IMG/VR virus record: IMGVR_UViG_3300002835_000011
Length of the DNA stretch: 55,419 nucleotides
Reading direction: 5' to 3' (one strand)
DNA from: an uncultured virus (IMG/VR IMGVR_UViG_3300002835_000011)
Lineage: Duplodnaviria > Heunggongvirae > Uroviricota > Caudoviricetes
The notes below the pieces were generated by a model. It worked only from the letters and a program-made list of their open reading frames with translations, made no database searches and was not told the DNA's origin. Made by a program: the position numbers and the translations under genes. Shown here in pieces: positions 54,313 to 55,419 of the stretch (position 1 is the first letter of the stretch; the number at the start of each line of letters is the position of its first letter).

Positions 54313-55419
54313 TTATGCAACTTGTTGAATTAAAAAATTAAGGGTTGCTGTTCCTAATCCTATATTTCTAAAAATAAATTCACAATGGGTAGTAGTAGGA
54401 CCTCCGTAATTTCCAGCAGATCCTGTGTACTGTAATGTTGGTGCAGCAGTACCTAGGAATATATTACTAGTTGCAACTAAGTTAGCATTAGAAAATGGCA
54501 CATTGAATGTTATTCTAACTCTAGCGGTATTTAATCCAGAAGCAACCATAGTAGCAGTAAATCCGCTTCCGTAGTTAATAGTAGGCGGTGTTCCATCAAT
54601 TGGACAGGTAACTGATCCTGCAATAGTTTTTAATATTGGTGTACCTCCGTTCCCTATGGTTAGTGATCCTCCTGTTGTATTCGTATTACCATTAAGGATA
54701 GTATTACCAGTTGCTGATATGTTACCTACGACGCTAAAATTACCAGTTATGCCAACATCACCAAGTGCTTTTATAGCATGATCACCTGCAGCTCCTGATA
54801 CCCCTATTGCAGCAGTAGAATCAATGTATCTACCTATTGCTATATTCTCACCAGTATCACTAACGTAGAATCCAGTAGCTGGAGAAGTCGGTGATGAGCC
54901 ATCGCTGTTTCTTATAGTGGCAGAGCTTGCAACGGATATTGCAACTGATCTATTTGACCCTTTGACTGTCGTAGGAGATGTAGGAATAAAAGACGTTATC
55001 TCTAACCCGTTTGTATAGTTGAAAGGATAAGTTCCAGCTGCGCTTATTCCCTTAACCCCGAAAGGTGTTGTCGTGCTATATAAATTTCTGGATATCTTTA
55101 GCATTGAATTTCCACCAAATAACCCACTGGCTCCAGATGCTCCAGGATTCATTAAAGAAACAGGATTATTAGTTCCTATAGTTTGTACTCCTGTTACAAC
55201 CAAGCTATGTGTTCCTAAATTATTATTAGTAAATCTAGATCCTGTTAAATTACCTTGCAGAGGAGCTCCGAATAAAGAATTTGATCCAGAAACCCCTATT
55301 GCTACTCCTCCCAATTTAGGAGCTCCAGCAGTTCCTGACCAGACGGTTACTAAGCTTTCCTCAGATACACCTATTCTAATCTGGTTCTCACCTCCTGTAC
55401 CATTAGCCATTAATTCTAT
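54313..55419 (-). CDS. C-terminal part of a probable tail fibre/virion protein, 5' end probably outside the window
   Basis: G/S/T/N-rich beta-type sequence; the frame stays open upstream of ATG 55410 to the window edge. Confidence 0.55.
   Translation of the reverse strand: MELMANGTGGENQIRIGVSEESLVTVWSGTAGAPKLGGVAIGVSGSNSLFGAPLQGNLTGSRFTNNNLGTHSLVVTGVQTIGTNNPVSLMNPGASGASGLFGGNSMLKISRNLYSTTTPFGVKGISAAGTYPFNYTNGLEITSFIPTSPTTVKGSNRSVAISVASSATIRNSDGSSPTSPATGFYVSDTGENIAIGRYIDSTAAIGVSGAAGDHAIKALGDVGITGNFSVVGNISATGNTILNGNTNTTGGSLTIGNGGTPILKTIAGSVTCPIDGTPPTINYGSGFTATMVASGLNTARVRITFNVPFSNANLVATSNIFLGTAAPTLQYTGSAGNYGGPTTTHCEFIFRNIGLGTATLNFLIQQVA

Noticed and set aside
1..55419. Alternative genetic code (TAG or TGA reassignment) as in some large phages
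   Set aside because: Conserved genes are full length in code 11, and both TAG (e.g. nrdB, topo B) and TGA (e.g. primase) end genes at expected positions
1..55419. tRNA, rRNA or integrase/transposase genes
   Set aside because: Intergenic gaps are short, and no cloverleaf, rRNA-like or recombinase motifs were recognised by eye

Overview
This 55.4-kb, AT-rich, gene-dense window is almost entirely minus-strand, uses the standard genetic code, and reads as part of a large T4-like (probably jumbo) phage genome. The host is probably a Bacteroidetes bacterium (TAnnTTTG boxes, no Shine-Dalgarno sites, Hc1-like and DUF4494-like genes). Replication and repair genes include a family B DNA polymerase split into two genes 16 kb apart, a probable sliding clamp, two type II topoisomerase subunits, nrdA/nrdB, a dUTPase-like gene, primase, gp32 SSB, UvsW, UvsY, a RuvC-like resolvase, UvsE, an MBD4-like glycosylase and a GIY-YIG homing endonuclease. 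Probable structural or lysis genes lie at the right end. The main unexplained pattern is that about 20 unrelated proteins share a short tag, roughly M-K/R-x-I/L-x-x-F/Y-x-x-F-x-N-E. It resembles the T4 capsid-targeting sequence and ends in a prohead-protease-type Glu. The tagged genes mostly sit behind a recurrent GATATATA motif (putative late promoter), while replication genes sit behind GAAAC-N18-TAWAA. Tagged proteins include the ATPase and peptidase of two MoxR-AAA/HEXXH-peptidase/VWA triads, two paralogous membrane-inserting proteins, a YkuD-like enzyme, a ParB-like protein and an adenylate kinase. This suggests a large virion-packaged, protease-matured injected proteome. All functional calls come from reading motifs by eye; no searches were run. 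No tRNA, rRNA or CRISPR array was recognised.
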